Source of the DNA: Hemiscyllium ocellatum
Lineage: Eukaryota
Assembly (NCBI RefSeq): GCF_020745735.1
Contig: NC_083412.1
Coordinates: 67,484,320-67,548,319, forward strand
Direction of reading: 5' to 3'
DNA length: 64,000 nucleotides
Positions 24,512-37,567 of the stretch are shown here, piece after piece. Below the pieces are notes generated by a model. The model was not told where the DNA came from and did not search any database. It saw only the letters and a program-made list of their open reading frames with translations. A program made the translations under genes and the position numbers. Position 1 is the stretch's first letter; each line of letters starts with the position of its first letter.

Positions 24512-25882
24512 AACTGAAAACAACAAATGCTGGAGCAGATCACAGTAGGTCAGGCAGCATCCATGGAGAGAGAGCAAGCTAATGTTTTGAGTCTAGATGA
24601 CACTTCTTCAGAGCTGAAGTGAGGTATGGAGTAACAGCATTTATATTATTAGTTCGGCAGGGAGGTCAGGGGTGGCGGGCAGTTAGGGTAGTGGGTGTGG
24701 GGTGCTGGTGGGGACAAGGCATTAGTAATTTACATTCATTGATCGGAATGTGAGAATAGCAGAACAATGGTGTGTCTCCTGACAGACTTGAAAGGACAGC
24801 AAGTGGGATGGGGGAGGACAGGATATGATAAGCTAAAAGAAAGGACAAAGTGAGATTGAAACTAGAGGACAAAAGGAGTGAAAGTGGATCTCGAAACTGG
24901 AGAGCAGTCAGAGATGATCTGAAAGTGAACGGCAAGAGTCAACCACACACCCCCCAATCCTCATTTTGAATCCCACCAGTCTCCGCATTCAAAAGGATCA
25001 TTCTCTGCCATTTCAGACAACTCCAGTAGAACAACACCACTAAATACATCTTCCCATCTCTCCCTCTGTCTGCATGTCACAGGGATTGTTCCCTCTGGGA
25101 CATATTAGTCCATTCCATAACCATTCTCAGCACCCCCATCCCCTTCTACAGAACCTTCCCATGTAACTGCAGAAGTTGCAGCACCTGCCCCTTTGCCACC
25201 TTCCTGCTCACTATCCAAGAGCCTAAACAGTCCTTCAGGTGAAGCAGCATTTCACAACTACACTATCTCCAATTTTGTGAATTGTATTCACTGCACCCAA
25301 TGTAGCCTACTCTACACTGGAGAAACTAAATGCAGGCTGGATGACCAATCAGTGAAACACCTCTGTGCCCAAGCAGAACCCCGGCCTTCCTGTAGCTGGT
25401 CATTTCAACACAGTGTCCTGCTCGCGTGCCAACCTGCCTGTCCTCAGCATGCTGCAGTGTTCCAGTGAATCACAGCGCAAACTGGAGGAACATCATCGCA
25501 TCTTCCGACTAGTAACTTTACAGCCTTCCAAACTCAACGTCGAGTTCAATACCTTTAAATTGTGAACCATTTCTTTCCTTTCTCTTAGCTTATCATGTCA
25601 GGTCATCCCTCATCCCACTTACTGTCCTTTCAAGTCTGGCAGAAGACACGCCATTGTTCTGGTATTCTCATATTCCAATCACTGAATGTAAACTACTAAT
25701 ATCTTTTCTCTACCAGCACCCCATACCCACTACCTCCACCACCACTCCCCCACCTCCCTGAACAATAACATAAATGCTGTTGCTCCACACTGCACATCAG
25801 CTCTGATGAAGAGTCATCTAGACTCAAAACGTCCAGCATTTGCTGTTTTCAGCACAGATTCCAGCATCTGCAGTAATTCGTT
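24512..25882 (+). mobile_element. Older PLE: inverted 3'-end copy (24512-24940) followed by GIY-YIG remnant and 3' UTR with a decayed hammerhead
   Basis: ORFs 25193/25365: NCIHCTQCSLLYTGETKCRL...VAGHFN...RKLEEHHRIFRLVTLQPSKLNVEF. Cores CTGATGAaGAGTCatctaGACTCaAAAC at 25803 (+) and the mirror at about 24580-24611 (-). Confidence 0.9.
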
Positions 25883-27164
25883 CAAACATTATGAGGAACT
25901 TGAGTAAATAAAGCAAAGTGAAAAATGCTTTTTGTATTCAAGTTCAAATCAATGATGGAGCTTATTGAACATAGAAAAGTACAGCACAGAACAGGCCCTT
26001 TGGCCCACGATGTTGTGCCAAGACTTAATCCTAATGTGTGATTTAATCCTTGTTGTGTGAAATACTTCATTGCAGAATTTGATGTGATACAAGATCAAAC
26101 AAAATTTACCAAGGAGACCAATATGTAGTAGTCGCTATATAAGCAAGCCTGTTACAGACTTTCCAAAGAGCAATTAGAGATCAGCAATACGTGCTGGCCT
26201 CCTCAGTGACACCTGCATCTAATGAATGAGTGTATGGAAAAATAAATCCACATTCTAACATAATAAACTGACAATCAGTAAAATCATGTTTCTTTTATAG
26301 ACCTCGAATGAGCACAAAGACAGTTGATGATCTGTTCAAATTTTGCAAGGATATCTTCAGCCAATCTGCTGACAGATGGAGAATTTCCAGTGCTAGTTAA
26401 AGTCATCTTTTCCCTCAATTTTTGCAATTTCCAGTAGCTTTCCTGCACTGTTAACCTGTATGTAGGAGAAAACCTTGAACAATTCTTTAACAAGCATTAC
26501 ACTGCCACCAGCTGTGGATGAAATCAGGTATGAGGCAAGTGCCACTCAGTGCACCAATCTTGCATGCAATTTGCATAGAGAAATAAGAAAAGGGCTCTTG
26601 TGGTGCAGTGATAATGTCTCTGAACAAGTTTATCAGAAATAAGAGAAACAAAATTTCTGCTGCATGAACAGACAAAACAAGGGTGTGCTATTATACAGCT
26701 GACAAAAACCTTTAAAACAATAGTGCAACACTATTTTATCAGAATTAGTTATTACAGAGGAAGGGAAAGGTGCAGGCCAAACTCATTCCATGAAGCACAA
26801 ATACAAGGACATCAAGGTTGAAAAATCATCTGTTCCACTCGAGGTACAATGAGGGAGAAAGATCCAGCAATCTTAAGCTGCTGAAGCAGAAACACTGCTC
26901 CCACTGAGCCAGCCCACTAAATACCAGGGTCAGCGTTCTTCACCTGTTTACTCCTTCCTCCATGATTGACCAACTGTTCATTTCCTGCTGCAGCAAAAAT
27001 AAATCCAAGGAGTAAAGCAGAAATGTACCACAATTTTTTTTATTGCTGAAGAAGGAGAGTCATGTTGAAGCTTTATAGCTTGCACTACGGACAAACACAA
27101 GAACGGCAAACTTCAAATGATTGAAGTAATTTAAACTATGGGAGGAAAGGGTTTTAAATTCATT

Positions 27165-27828
27165 ATGTGGAGGAGCCGGTGTTAGACTGAGGTGGACAAA
27201 GTTAAAAACTCACACCACACCATTTATAGTCCAACAGGTTTATTTGGAAGCACTAGTTTTTGAGCTCTGCTCCTTCATCAGGTGGTTGTGGAGTAGGAGC
27301 ATAAGACACAGAATTTATAGCAAAAGATTACATGGTCATGAAAGTAAAATGATATATTTAACAAACCTCTATTGTTGTTAAGTCTTGAGTTAACTCAAGT
27401 TCCTCAATGTTTGAGCAAATCACTGCAACCTATAATCAAGGTTTGTTAAATACAGGGCAAACCGCGTATCTGCAGGATACTTTTCCGCGGTTTCAGCTAC
27501 CCATGGTTTACCGTGGCCCAAACATATTACAGGAAACTTTCCGGAACCAGGCACCTGCCCAGAGGGTAAATTTTCCATTTAAATGAATGGGTTCAGTCCT
27601 ATCCATGGTTTTGGGCTGCCGCAATAGGTCTTGAATTGTATCCCCCGCAGGTATGGGGGAACTTACTGTACGTCACTTTACTTGCATGACACTGTATTCT
27701 TTTCTATAAATTCTGTGTCTTCTGGTTCTACCCAACAACTACTTGGAGGAGGAGTGGCACTCTTGAAAGCCAGTGCTTCCAAATAAACTTGTTGGACTAT
27801 AACCTGGTGTTGTGTGATTTTTAACTTT
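27165..27828. mobile_element. Fold-back element of the second (GAAAGCTA) hammerhead/PLE family
   Basis: Arms aaagttaaaaactcac...ccaacaggtttatttggaagcactag and its reverse complement. TSD taaattcatt / taagttcatt. Confidence 0.8.
27453..27668 (-). mobile_element. Tc1/mariner-Tigger-like MITE
   Basis: TA|cag...ctg|TA ends with imperfect TIRs. Interrupts the host arm cleanly (gtttgttaaata|cgtcacttt). The minus strand resembles MER2/Tigger ends. Confidence 0.75.
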
Positions 27829-29374
27829 AAGTTCATTGGCAGCTCTGAGCAGTTGCAGTGTTTTCACGGAGAACATAATGTTCTGGTAATCCAAAAAAGA
27901 TGCAAGGCTTAACTGTATACTTTGTTTGAAGAGAACAGGTCTTTGTGTATGATTGCATGCTTATGCCAAACGAGCCATGCGACAAGCTTGGCTGATTCTC
28001 TTCACTAGGTAGTTAGTAAATTGGTTAACAGCCTCAGGATTATCCAATAGGTGCTACCCAATTGCAGAATCACATTCAATTGTTTTGAGTTTTGGAACTC
28101 CAAACTGCTTCAGTAGATTTTGGATTCCACCCATTGCAAACAATTAAATGAAGTATGGGAGGGTGGCTAATATTGTCCCTTACCTCTCAAGGGCAACATC
28201 CTGACCAGAGTTGACTTGCCAACTAATCAGCATGCTTGCTGATCTCTTGCTGGCTAAATTGTTGCAATTGTGTTAAATTTGCCATCTTACATTTGTCCTG
28301 ATGTATGCAAAATGAACACCTTCAGCAACATGTTTCTCTTTTCGGAAATAATTTATCATCCTAGCATCATTTTGTAAATTTATAACTTTCAGCAATGGTT
28401 TGGTTTTGTGATAGTGTAGAGTAAGTTTCTTGTACGTCTAATCTCATACTCTTCTAGCTGTCTTAGAATAATATTGAGGGATGTCACTGAATGGTTGTTT
28501 ACATTCTCCTCTCAGATTATCAGATGGTCCTAAAATGATGTTTGATGCTAAGGTGCTTACTTCCCAAGTCAGCATGGGTCTGTTTAATAAGTAGTTGCAT
28601 GGAGGTGCGTGGGTAAGTTATGTTGCATGCAATATTAGGAACTACAAAAGAGAGGCAATGAAAAATATCTGATATGGCCAAATAGCAAACAAGAAAAATG
28701 GAACAGCTAAGTTCAACAAGTACCAGGAAACCAGGAAAATCTGTCACATTTAAACCAAATAAACAGTGTGAAGATAACTTAAAAGTTTAGAAAGTGCGAT
28801 TACAGATATGCTGGCTTTTAACTTGCCTTAAACAAAGAGCACTCATGTAATCCTAACTCATCAAAATTGAGGTGCAGACAAGCCAAATCCTCAGCTTCAG
28901 CACTTCTGAATTTACACAGAAGCCACTCTGCATCATCACAGTCTCAAATGGCAACAAGCTACCAGAAAAAGCTAACTGCCTGATCTTAGTGCTGAGTACA
29001 GTGCTGTGATCACTGAATAGCAAGAGAAAAACACTCTTCATTTCTTTACCTGATAAAAATAAGCATTCACATAAATTAAAAATAATGACCCTGCCATCAC
29101 AAACACAATACCCCAGAACTAAATTAGCATTCCACCGCTGAGCATTTCTTTCTGGACCAGTGCTGTACTGCTATCGAGAATAAACAATAACAATTCACCA
29201 ATCCCACAGAGATTGAAAGAACTGCCAGCATTCATCGCTCATACAAAGTCACGTCAAATTCAAAATGCTTAATTTAGTGTTAACCTCCAAAAGTCCACAG
29301 GCGTGGGAGAAGCCAGTTTTGGAAGTAATTTATATGACTGGCTCCAACAGTCACTTCCACAATGGACTATCAAA

Positions 29375-29497
29375 ACAGTAAATACTGAAAATACTCAGAA
29401 GGTCAAGCAGAAAGCACGAGTTAATGTTTCAGGTGTTGGCCTTTCATCAGAACACAAGTGCTGCCATACATTTCCAGCATTTTCTGCTTTTATTGCA
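29375..29497 (-). mobile_element. Decayed PLE 3'-end fold-back fragment with a hammerhead motif on - (about 29420-29453)
   Basis: Minus strand reads gtt-CTGATGA-aAGGccaacaCCT-GAAAC-ATT-aac. Confidence 0.6.
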
Positions 29498-30039
29498 GAA
29501 CTCCTGCTAGTCGTTCGTTTTTATTTAAATTTAGTCATGGGGATGGGGGTGTCACTGACTACGCCAACAGTTTTTTGTTGTATCATCAACTAATCAGAGG
29601 GGATCCTTTTCAGACGTTGTCTCAAATTTGAGTCCTGCTTTGCAAGCATTCTCTTTAATGTCTGCAGATAATACATTGACCCATGTGGCCCCCAATAAGA
29701 CCAGGAAGAGACAGGATTATTCCCCACTGTTAGGTAATGGTACCAACTCAATGTCATTAAAACAACAAACAGTTCTGTTTGAAGTGGAAAGATTGAACAT
29801 GAAATTCACTCAAATCATTATCCACAGAGTCATAGAACTTTACAATATTGGAAGGCCCACTGGCCCACTACACTATACCAGCCATTTGATAGAACTACCA
29901 ACCCCTGCATTCAATCCTACGCCTCCTGCCCTGTAACATTTTCCCTTTTTCAAATTTTCAATTGACTATTTTTAAAAAGATTTTGCCATAGCTTCTTTTT
30001 GGGCATTCCAAATCCCACCAAACAAAAACATTTGGATGA

Positions 30040-32358
30040 CTGGCGTGCCTACTTTCACAACCAAGACTCCCGCCCACCCCCTGACGACCCCTTCTCCCGC
30101 CTCCAACACACCCCCATCCACCTGGACACCCAGTGCTAGCCTCTTACCCGCCCTCGATCTATTTATAGCCAACTACCGCCGCGACATTAACCGACTCAAC
30201 CTGTCCACCCCTCTCACCCACTCCAACCTCTCACCCTCAGAACTTGCAGCCCTCCACTCCCTCCGCTCCAACCCCAACCTCACCATCAAACTGGCAGACA
30301 AGAGAGGCGCGGTGGTAGTTTGGCGCACCGACCTTTATACCGCTGAGGCCAAACGCCAGCTTGTGGACGCCTCCTCTTATCGCCCCCTTGACCATGACCC
30401 CACCTCCCACCACCAAACCATCATCTCCTAGACCATCCATAACCTCATCACCTCAGGGGATCTCCCATCCACCGCCTCCAACCTCACAGTCCCACAACCC
30501 CGCACCGCCCATTTCTACCTCCTGCCCAAAATCCACAAACCTGACTGCCCCGGCCGACCCATTGTCTCAGCCTGCGTACCTCGACACGGTTCTGTCCCCT
30601 TTAGTCCAAGAACTCCCCACCTACGTTCGGGACACCACCCACGCCCTCCACCTCCTCCATGATTTTCGCTTCCCCGGTCCCCAACGCCTTACCTTCACGT
30701 TGGACATCCAGTCCCTGTACACCTCCATCCCCCATCACGAAGGACTCAAAGCCCTCCGCTTCTTCCTTTCCCGCCGCACCAACCAGTACCCTTCCACTGA
30801 CACCCTCCTATGACTGACTGAACTGGTCCTCACCCTGAATAACTTCTCTTTTCAATCCTCCCACTTCCTCCAAACTAAAGGAGTTGCCATGGGCACCCGC
30901 ATGGGCCCCAGCTATGCCTGTCTCTTTGTAGGATATGTGGAACCGTCCATCTTCCGCAACTACACTGGCACCACCCCCCACCTTTTCCTCCGCTACATCG
31001 ATGACTGTATCGGCGCTGCCTCGTGCTCCCACGAGGAGGTTGAACAGTTCATCAACTTTACCAACATCCATCCGGACCTCAAATTCACCTGAACTGTCTC
31101 AGACTCCTCCCTCCCCTTCCTAGACCTTTCCATTTCTATCTCGGGCGACCGACTCACACAGACATTTAATATAAACCGACTGACTCCCACAGCTACCTGG
31201 ACTACACCTCCTCCCACCCTGTCCCCTGTAAAAACGCCATCCCATATTCCCAATTCCTTCATCTCCACCGCATCTGCTCCCAGGAGGACCAGTTCCAATA
31301 CCGTACAGCCCGGTCTTCAAGGACCGCAGATTCCCCCCAGATGTGATCGACGATGCCCTCCACCGCATCTCCTCCACTTCCCGCTCCTCCGCCCTTGAGC
31401 CTCGCTCCTCCAACCGCCACCAAGATAGAACCCCACTGGTTCTCACCTACCACCCCATCAACCTCCGTATACAGCGTATCATCCGCCGTCATTTCCGCCA
31501 CCTCCAAACGGACCGCACTACCAGGGATATATTTCCCTCCCCTCTCCTATCAGCATTCCGCAAAGACCACTCCCTTCGTGACTCCCTCGTCACATCCACA
31601 CCCCCCACCAACCCAACCTCTACTCCCAGCACCTTCCCCTGCAACCGCAGGAAATGTAAAACTTGCGCCCACACCTTCTCCCTTACCTCTCCAAGGCCCC
31701 AAGGGATCCTTCCATATCCACCATAAATTCACCTGCACCTCCACACACATCATCTATTGCATCCGCTGCACCCGATGTGGCCTCCTCTATATTGGGGAGA
31801 CGGGCCGCCTACTTGCAGAATGCTTCAGGGAACACCTCTGGGACGCCCGGACCAACCAACCCAACCACCCCGTGGCTCAACACTTTAACTCTCCCTCCCA
31901 CTCCCACTCCACCGAGGACAGGCTGATCCTTGGACTCCTCCATCGGCAGAACATAACAACACAACGGTTGGAGGAAGAGCGCCTCATCTTCTGCCTGGGA
32001 ACCCTCCAACCACAAGGAATGAACTCAGATTTCTCCAGTTTCCTCATTTCCCCTCCCCCCACCTCACTCTACCTTGTCTCAGTCGGTTCCCTCAACTCAG
32101 CACCACCCTCCTAACCTGCAATCTTCTTCCTGACCTCTCCGCCCCCACCCCACCCCGGCCTATCACCCTCACCTTGACCTCCTTCCACCTATCACATCTC
32201 CATCACCCCTCCCCCAAGTCCTTCCTCCCTACCTTTTATCTTAGCCTGCCTGGCACACTCACCTCATTCCTGATGAAGGGCTCTGGCCCGAAACGTCGAA
32301 TTTCTTGTTCCTAGGATGCTGCCTAACCTGCTGTGCTTTAACCAGCAACACATTTTCA
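30040..32358 (+). mobile_element. Penelope-like retroelement (Neptune-type), 5'-truncated and disrupted: RT + Cys-rich linker + GIY-YIG endonuclease + hammerhead-bearing 3' repeat
   Basis: IKLADKRGAVVVW, FTLDIQSLYTSIPH, MGTRMGPSYACLFVG, RYIDD, FPCNRRKCKTC, IIYCIRCTRCGLLYIGETGR, VAQHF, LGTLQPQGMN. Several stops and frameshifts. Confidence 0.95.
32266..32301 (+). ncRNA. Minimal type I hammerhead ribozyme motif (intact core)
   Basis: ATTC-CTGATGA-A-GGGC-TCTG-GCCC-GAAAC-GTC-GAAT. Helix I ATTC/GAAT, helix II GGGC/GCCC, palindromic ACGT helix III. Predicted cleavage after C32297. Confidence 0.85.
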
Positions 32359-32532
32359 GAATAAATGATCTCAGCTCATATGACACACATTGTGAACAGT
32401 TGCTAGAAAGTGGGAGTGAACTTGAACTAAAATTTGATATTGTTAAGTTGGCAATTCACTGTCGGGTCGAAATAGTTTCTCCCTATTCACTTTATCAAAA
32501 TCTCTCTATCAGACCTTATGATTTTTTTTTGT

Positions 32533-33476
32533 TGTGATGGAGAAGAGAGACTCAATTCCTCTGGCCCTTTGTCCTAATTAAAGGCTTTCACCACAGGTAC
32601 CACTTTGACGGATCTTTCCGGTACGCTCAACCTTGGCACCTTCCTGATTGTAAGACGAACGCTCAGAAATTCTTCTGTGCGACAACAGTTGGTCAGACAC
32701 GAAACAGCTTTCTAATGTCTCCAACAGGAGAAGTGGGAAAGGATACGGTATGATGCGAGAGGGGCAGAGAGAGGGGTGGAGGATTGGGGGGGGGGGGGGC
32801 GTCGAAAGATAGAGAGAAAAGAAGTGCATCCTCATTATTTGCCACGTTTAGAAATAGCTAAACATGTTTTGTTGTGGTTGCAATCTGGAAAACCAGGATG
32901 TTATGTAAATAACTGATAGTACTTAAAAAGGCACAGCAGAACGCAAACAATAGTATAGGTCACCCGAAATGAGGCTCTGATGAGCAGAAACTTCAATATT
33001 TTAAAGGCTGCTTGAACCAACGGGCTGGACTTTTGCTAGTGAGGTGAGCTGCTTCAGGACCTTGAAGGGGTTATACAAAGTTACAAAAGTCTAAGTTCAT
33101 TTGCACAACTACTCAAGGAAATGGCTATCACCTATCAAGACTGGGAATTGAAAGAGACAGTGAAGTTAAACCTATTTATGTGGTAGAGAAGCAAACTCTC
33201 TTTGGTACTTCAGAACTCTAAAGTGATGGTGTTGGGATAGATAAGATTGTACATTTATGGTGTGTTTCAAAATCTTTCAAGTAGAATTATACCTAAATAG
33301 CTTAATTTATTCTATATTATCTTGATTTTTTTGCATAATAACATTTTGTTTTACTGTAAAACTTCACCTGCAGCATTGTGAGCATGTCTTTCTTGAAAGG
33401 CCACTTCATTAAAAAATACATCAAACCAAATTTCAGATCTGACTTCTCCAATTATAACATCAACTGAAATCGTGCT
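32533..33476 (+). mobile_element. Probable solo LTR (related to 52980-53598)
   Basis: TGTGATG start. AATAAA followed by ctgcagcattgtg...gatctgacttctccaattataacatcaactg, shared with 53430-53598. Confidence 0.45.
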
Positions 33477-34521
33477 ACTTGCATTGCTCAAATTTAAACA
33501 CTTAAATTTATGGATGTTGTATTACCAAATGTGTAAAAATCCAGTGCATTTTAATAGCTCCTTTTGTCTGCCCATCAATGCCGTTTTGCCTTTGTTCATA
33601 ATTTATCAAGTTTAGGATCCTCTATATCTTTTCCAACTCCAGGTATAAAGCAAATATATGAAGAAATGGTTTCCTGTTATGGTTTGGATTAAAATCATTG
33701 TGCTCGTTACAAATGCTTTTGCTTTCTCTATTATTCATATACAAGGAAAAGCTGGCCCAGAAGCAAGGGCACAATTGACAAGGCTGGCACTTGAATAGAC
33801 TTACACACACCATTAAAGCTTACTTGAAGAAGGTGAAGTATTGGGGACTGGTAAAAAGAAAGAAGACTTGCATTTACCCAACACCTTTCATGACCTCAAG
33901 ATATCCCAAAGCACTTTACAGCCAAGGGAAGTACTTTTACAGTAGTCACTGTGGTAATGTAGGAAATATATTATCAGTGTAAGTCACTGCTTTTAGAAAA
34001 GGAAACAAAAAAAGCTGAGAAGAATAAAATTCAATCCATAAATTTTAATCAGTGTGGGAATGTTGCAGTGGGATGTTATTATGCCAAGCAGCAAACAAAC
34101 ACAATGAATAGATAGCACTGACAGGAACGCTCAATGGGCACAATAGGCTCCATATCTGAACTCCATCTCACCCTTACTGAGTAAGGCAGCTAGATATAAA
34201 GAGAAAAAAAATCTTATTAATTTAAAAGATATGTTTGAGACATTGTACCTTGAACATTTTCACACAAAGAAAGTCAATGAAATACCCAATTAAAATACTG
34301 TGTTTTACATTTTTTCACGCTTGACTATTGACTAGATTTTACGTTTTAAATACATTTGGCCTTTGTACAATTAAAACTGGTCCAATTAAGACATGACCAT
34401 CAAGATATTTCTCCCTCATGGGTCAAAGAATTAAATCTTTGCTTAGTCACTGGGTGGCAATATTAGTCTTGGACGATACCAAAAAACATAAGCTAGAAAT
34501 TAGCAAGTTCAATTTACATCA

Positions 34522-34725
34522 AAAACAAAAACAGTATTTGCTGGAATAGCTCCGATCTTACAGCATGTGTTGAGAGGAATCATTTTGTTTCTGCTTTTGT
34601 TTCGGATATCCTGCATTCACAGTTGTTTCGATAACTGATTTCTCTCCAAAGATGCTGCCTGACCTGCTGAGCTTTTCCAGCACTTTGTTTTGGTTTCTGA
34701 TTTCCAGCATCTGCAGTTCTTTTGG
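34522..34725. mobile_element. PLE 3'-end fragments (same family as 2236-2390)
   Basis: tctctccaaagatgctgcctgacctgctgagcttttccagc...gatttccagcatctgcagttctt. Confidence 0.65.
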
Positions 34726-34993
34726 TATTTAATCCAGTTTATATGCTGTATTAGTTTTTTTCCCACTGATTTCAACTGGGAATCTAAACAAGAGGTGGAT
34801 TGGTTACATTTCCAGTTTGTGTTATGTTGAGCAAGATGTGTGGTACACAGTCTGCGATGGCTCGGTGATTTTTTTTCATACAATCTCCCGTTCTTCACCT
34901 TATTAGTTATGCAAGCCAGCTCTTGGGCACCTTTCTTACGGAATTTTGCAGCCTATGAGGTGGAAGTGCTCGTCACTGCCAGCATCTTTCAGA

Positions 34994-35117
34994 ATTTGGA
35001 GGTGCCAGTGTTGGACTGGGGTGGGCAAAGTTAAAAATCACAGCACCTGGTTGTAGTCCAACAGGTTTATTCAGAAGCACTAGCTTTTGGAGCACTGCTC
35101 CTTCATCAGATGGTTGT
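34994..35117 (-). mobile_element. Single-arm insert of the GAAAGCTA hammerhead family
   Basis: Minus strand CTGATGA-aGGAGCagtGCTCC-aAAAGCTA-gtg. Possible TSD gcatcttt. Confidence 0.8.
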
Positions 35118-35995
35118 GCATCTTTGCATTTTTCAGCTTTGACTACTCTGGCACTATATTTAAAGCCCAGACGTGGAGTCAATAAAGTATTGTGCTGGAA
35201 AAAGAGCAGGTCAGGCACAGTCCGAGAGCAGGACCCTTCATCAGGACAATCCTCACTATCCCCTAAAAGCTCAGATGTGCACTACCTCAGATGTTGCAAG
35301 CCAGGAACCGGCCCTCATTGTTCTGGTCAAGCCACAACATTCAGGACATGGTCTAGCAGAAAAGGAAGGCTTGTTCCCAATTTCACAGGCATGGATCTGG
35401 AGATGTTGGTGGAGAGAAGTGCAGTCTTTTTCCTAGGTGACTACCACACCAATAGACACAGCTAAACTGGACACAAACTGCTGGCTTATTAATTGAAACA
35501 GGACAGTGCTGGAAGTTCTATGAATCTCTGCGCTCTGTAAGTGTGAGTATCACCAACTTCTCTGCACTACCTCACACTCACAGGGTTACCACACGATTTA
35601 AAGCTGCCACTGCACACTTCTCTCAACCAGGCTAATGGACAAAAGTACTCTATATTGTGTGCATCATGTCCACTCAACAGTTCTCACCCACTTGGTCCTC
35701 TCCAAACCACTAATATTTTCTGCCATCTTCATATCCAACACACTCACTGGAGACACTGAACCACCTCTCCTGCTCTTGCATTACCACCTACTGCTACTAC
35801 ATCCATTTCTATAATACTCAATCCTTCTCTCTGTCTCATTGTGGGTAAAACTGCAATAGTTCCTATGCACCCTCCTAATGGACTGATATCTTAACACTTC
35901 CTAACAGATCTACTTGCAATCTGTTTGCACTTGATCCACTGGATCGACTAGCCAACCAACAGGGAAAGCCCCTTGATTGGCTATAGTTTTGCATT

Positions 35996-37567
35996 GGAGT
36001 AAAAACAATGACGCAGATGCTGGAAACCAGATTCTGGATTAGTGGTGCTGGAAGAGAACAGCAGTTCAGGCACTCCAGACCAAAGGGGTAGCCATGGGCA
36101 CATGTATGGGCCCCAGTTATGCCTGTCTCTTTGTTGGCTACATAGAACAGTTGATCTTCCGTAATTACACCAGCACCACTCTCCACCTCCTCCTCCGCTA
36201 CATTGATGACTTCATTAGCGCCACCTCGTGCTCCACCTCAACTTCACCAACACATTCCACCCTGACCTTAAATTTGCCTGGACCATCTCTGACACCTCCC
36301 TCCCCTTCCTGGACCTCTCCATCTCCATTAATGACGACCGACTTGACACTGACATTTTTCACAAACCCACCGACTCCCACAGCTACCTGGATTACACCTC
36401 TTCCCACCCTATCTCTTACAAAAATGCCATCCTGTATTCCCAATTCCTCCACCTCCACCATATCTGCTCCCAGGAGGACCATTTCCACCACAGAACACAC
36501 CAGATGGCCTCCTACTTTAGAGACCGCAATTTCTCTTCCCATGTGGTTAAAGATGCCCTCCAACGCATCTCGGCCACATCCCGCACCTCCGCCCTCAGAC
36601 CCCACCCCTCCAACCGTAACAAGGACAGAACGCCCCTGGTGCTCACCTTCCACCCTGCCAACCTTCGCATAAACCAAATCATCCGCCGACATTTCTGCCA
36701 CCTCCAAAAAGACCCCATCACCAGGGATATATTTCCCTCCCCACCCCTTTCCGCCTTCCGCAAGGATCGTTCCCTCCGTGACTACCTGGTCAGGTCCACG
36801 CCCCCCTATAACCCACCCTCCCATCCTGGCATTTTCCCCTGCCACCGCAGGAATTGTAAAAACCTGTGCCCACACCTCCTCCCTCACCTCTATCCAAGGC
36901 CCCAAAGGAGCCTTCCACATCCATCAAAGTTTTACCTGCATATCCACTAATATTATTTATTGTATCCGTTGCTCCTCTACACTGGGGAGACTGAGCGCCT
37001 CCTAGCAGAGCGCTTTAGGGAATATCTCTGTGACACCCGCATCAATCAACCACACTGCTCCGTGGCCCAACATTTCAACTCCCCCTCCCACTCTGCCGAG
37101 GACATGGAGGTCCTGGGCCTCCTTCACCGCAGCTCCCTCACCACCAGACGCCTGGAGGAAGAACGCCTCATCTTCCGCCTCGGAACACTTCAACCCCAGG
37201 GCATCAATGTGGACTTCAACAGTTTCCTCATTGCCCCTTCCCCCACCTCACCCTAGTTCCAAACTTCCAGCTCAGCACTGTCCCCATGACTTGTCCGGAC
37301 TTGTCCTACCTGCCTAGCTCCTTTTCCACCTATCCACTCCACCCTCTTCTCCCTAACCTATCACCTTCATCCCCTCCCCCACTCACCCATTGTACTCTAT
37401 GCTACTTTCTCCCCACTCCCACCCCCACCCTCCTCTAGCTTATCTCTCCACGCTTCAGGCTCACTGCCTTTATTCCTGATGAAGGGCTTTTGCCCGAAAC
37501 GTCGATTTCACTGCACTTTGGATGCTGCCCGAACTGCTGGTGCTCTTCCAGCACCATCAATCCAGAA
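35996..37567 (+). mobile_element. Penelope-like retroelement (Neptune-type, second subfamily) with a short inverted 3' end on the left
   Basis: MGTCMGPSYACLFVG, RYIDD, FHPDLKF, PFLD, FPCHRRNCK, NIIYCIRC, LGTLQPQGIN. 14-bp TSD tatagttttgcatt (35982-35995 / 37568-37581). Confidence 0.95.
37472..37507 (+). ncRNA. Minimal hammerhead ribozyme motif (intact core)
   Basis: ATTC-CTGATGA-A-GGGC-TTTT-GCCC-GAAAC-GTC-GATT. Confidence 0.8.

Larger units (their letters stand above)
27045..28345. mobile_element. Old fold-back element with degenerate hammerhead-like termini, hosting two nested insertions
   Basis: 27060-27115 (catgttgaagctttatagcttgcactacggacaaacacaagaacggcaaa) is an imperfect reverse complement of 28278-28335 (tttgccatcttacatttgtcCTGATGtatgcaaaatGAAcaccttcagcaacatg). 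Confidence 0.45.

Noticed and set aside
30361-32114. Long Pro/Ser/Thr-rich ORFs (150, 253 aa; also 36094, 56299) and Gly/Val-rich antisense ORFs
   Set aside because: These are alternative frames of the C-rich PLE coding strand, not independent genes.
32978-32995. CTGATGAgcaGAAAC hammerhead-like string (also CTGATGA at 1681 and 22341)
   Set aside because: No helix II or helix I pairing; consistent with chance.
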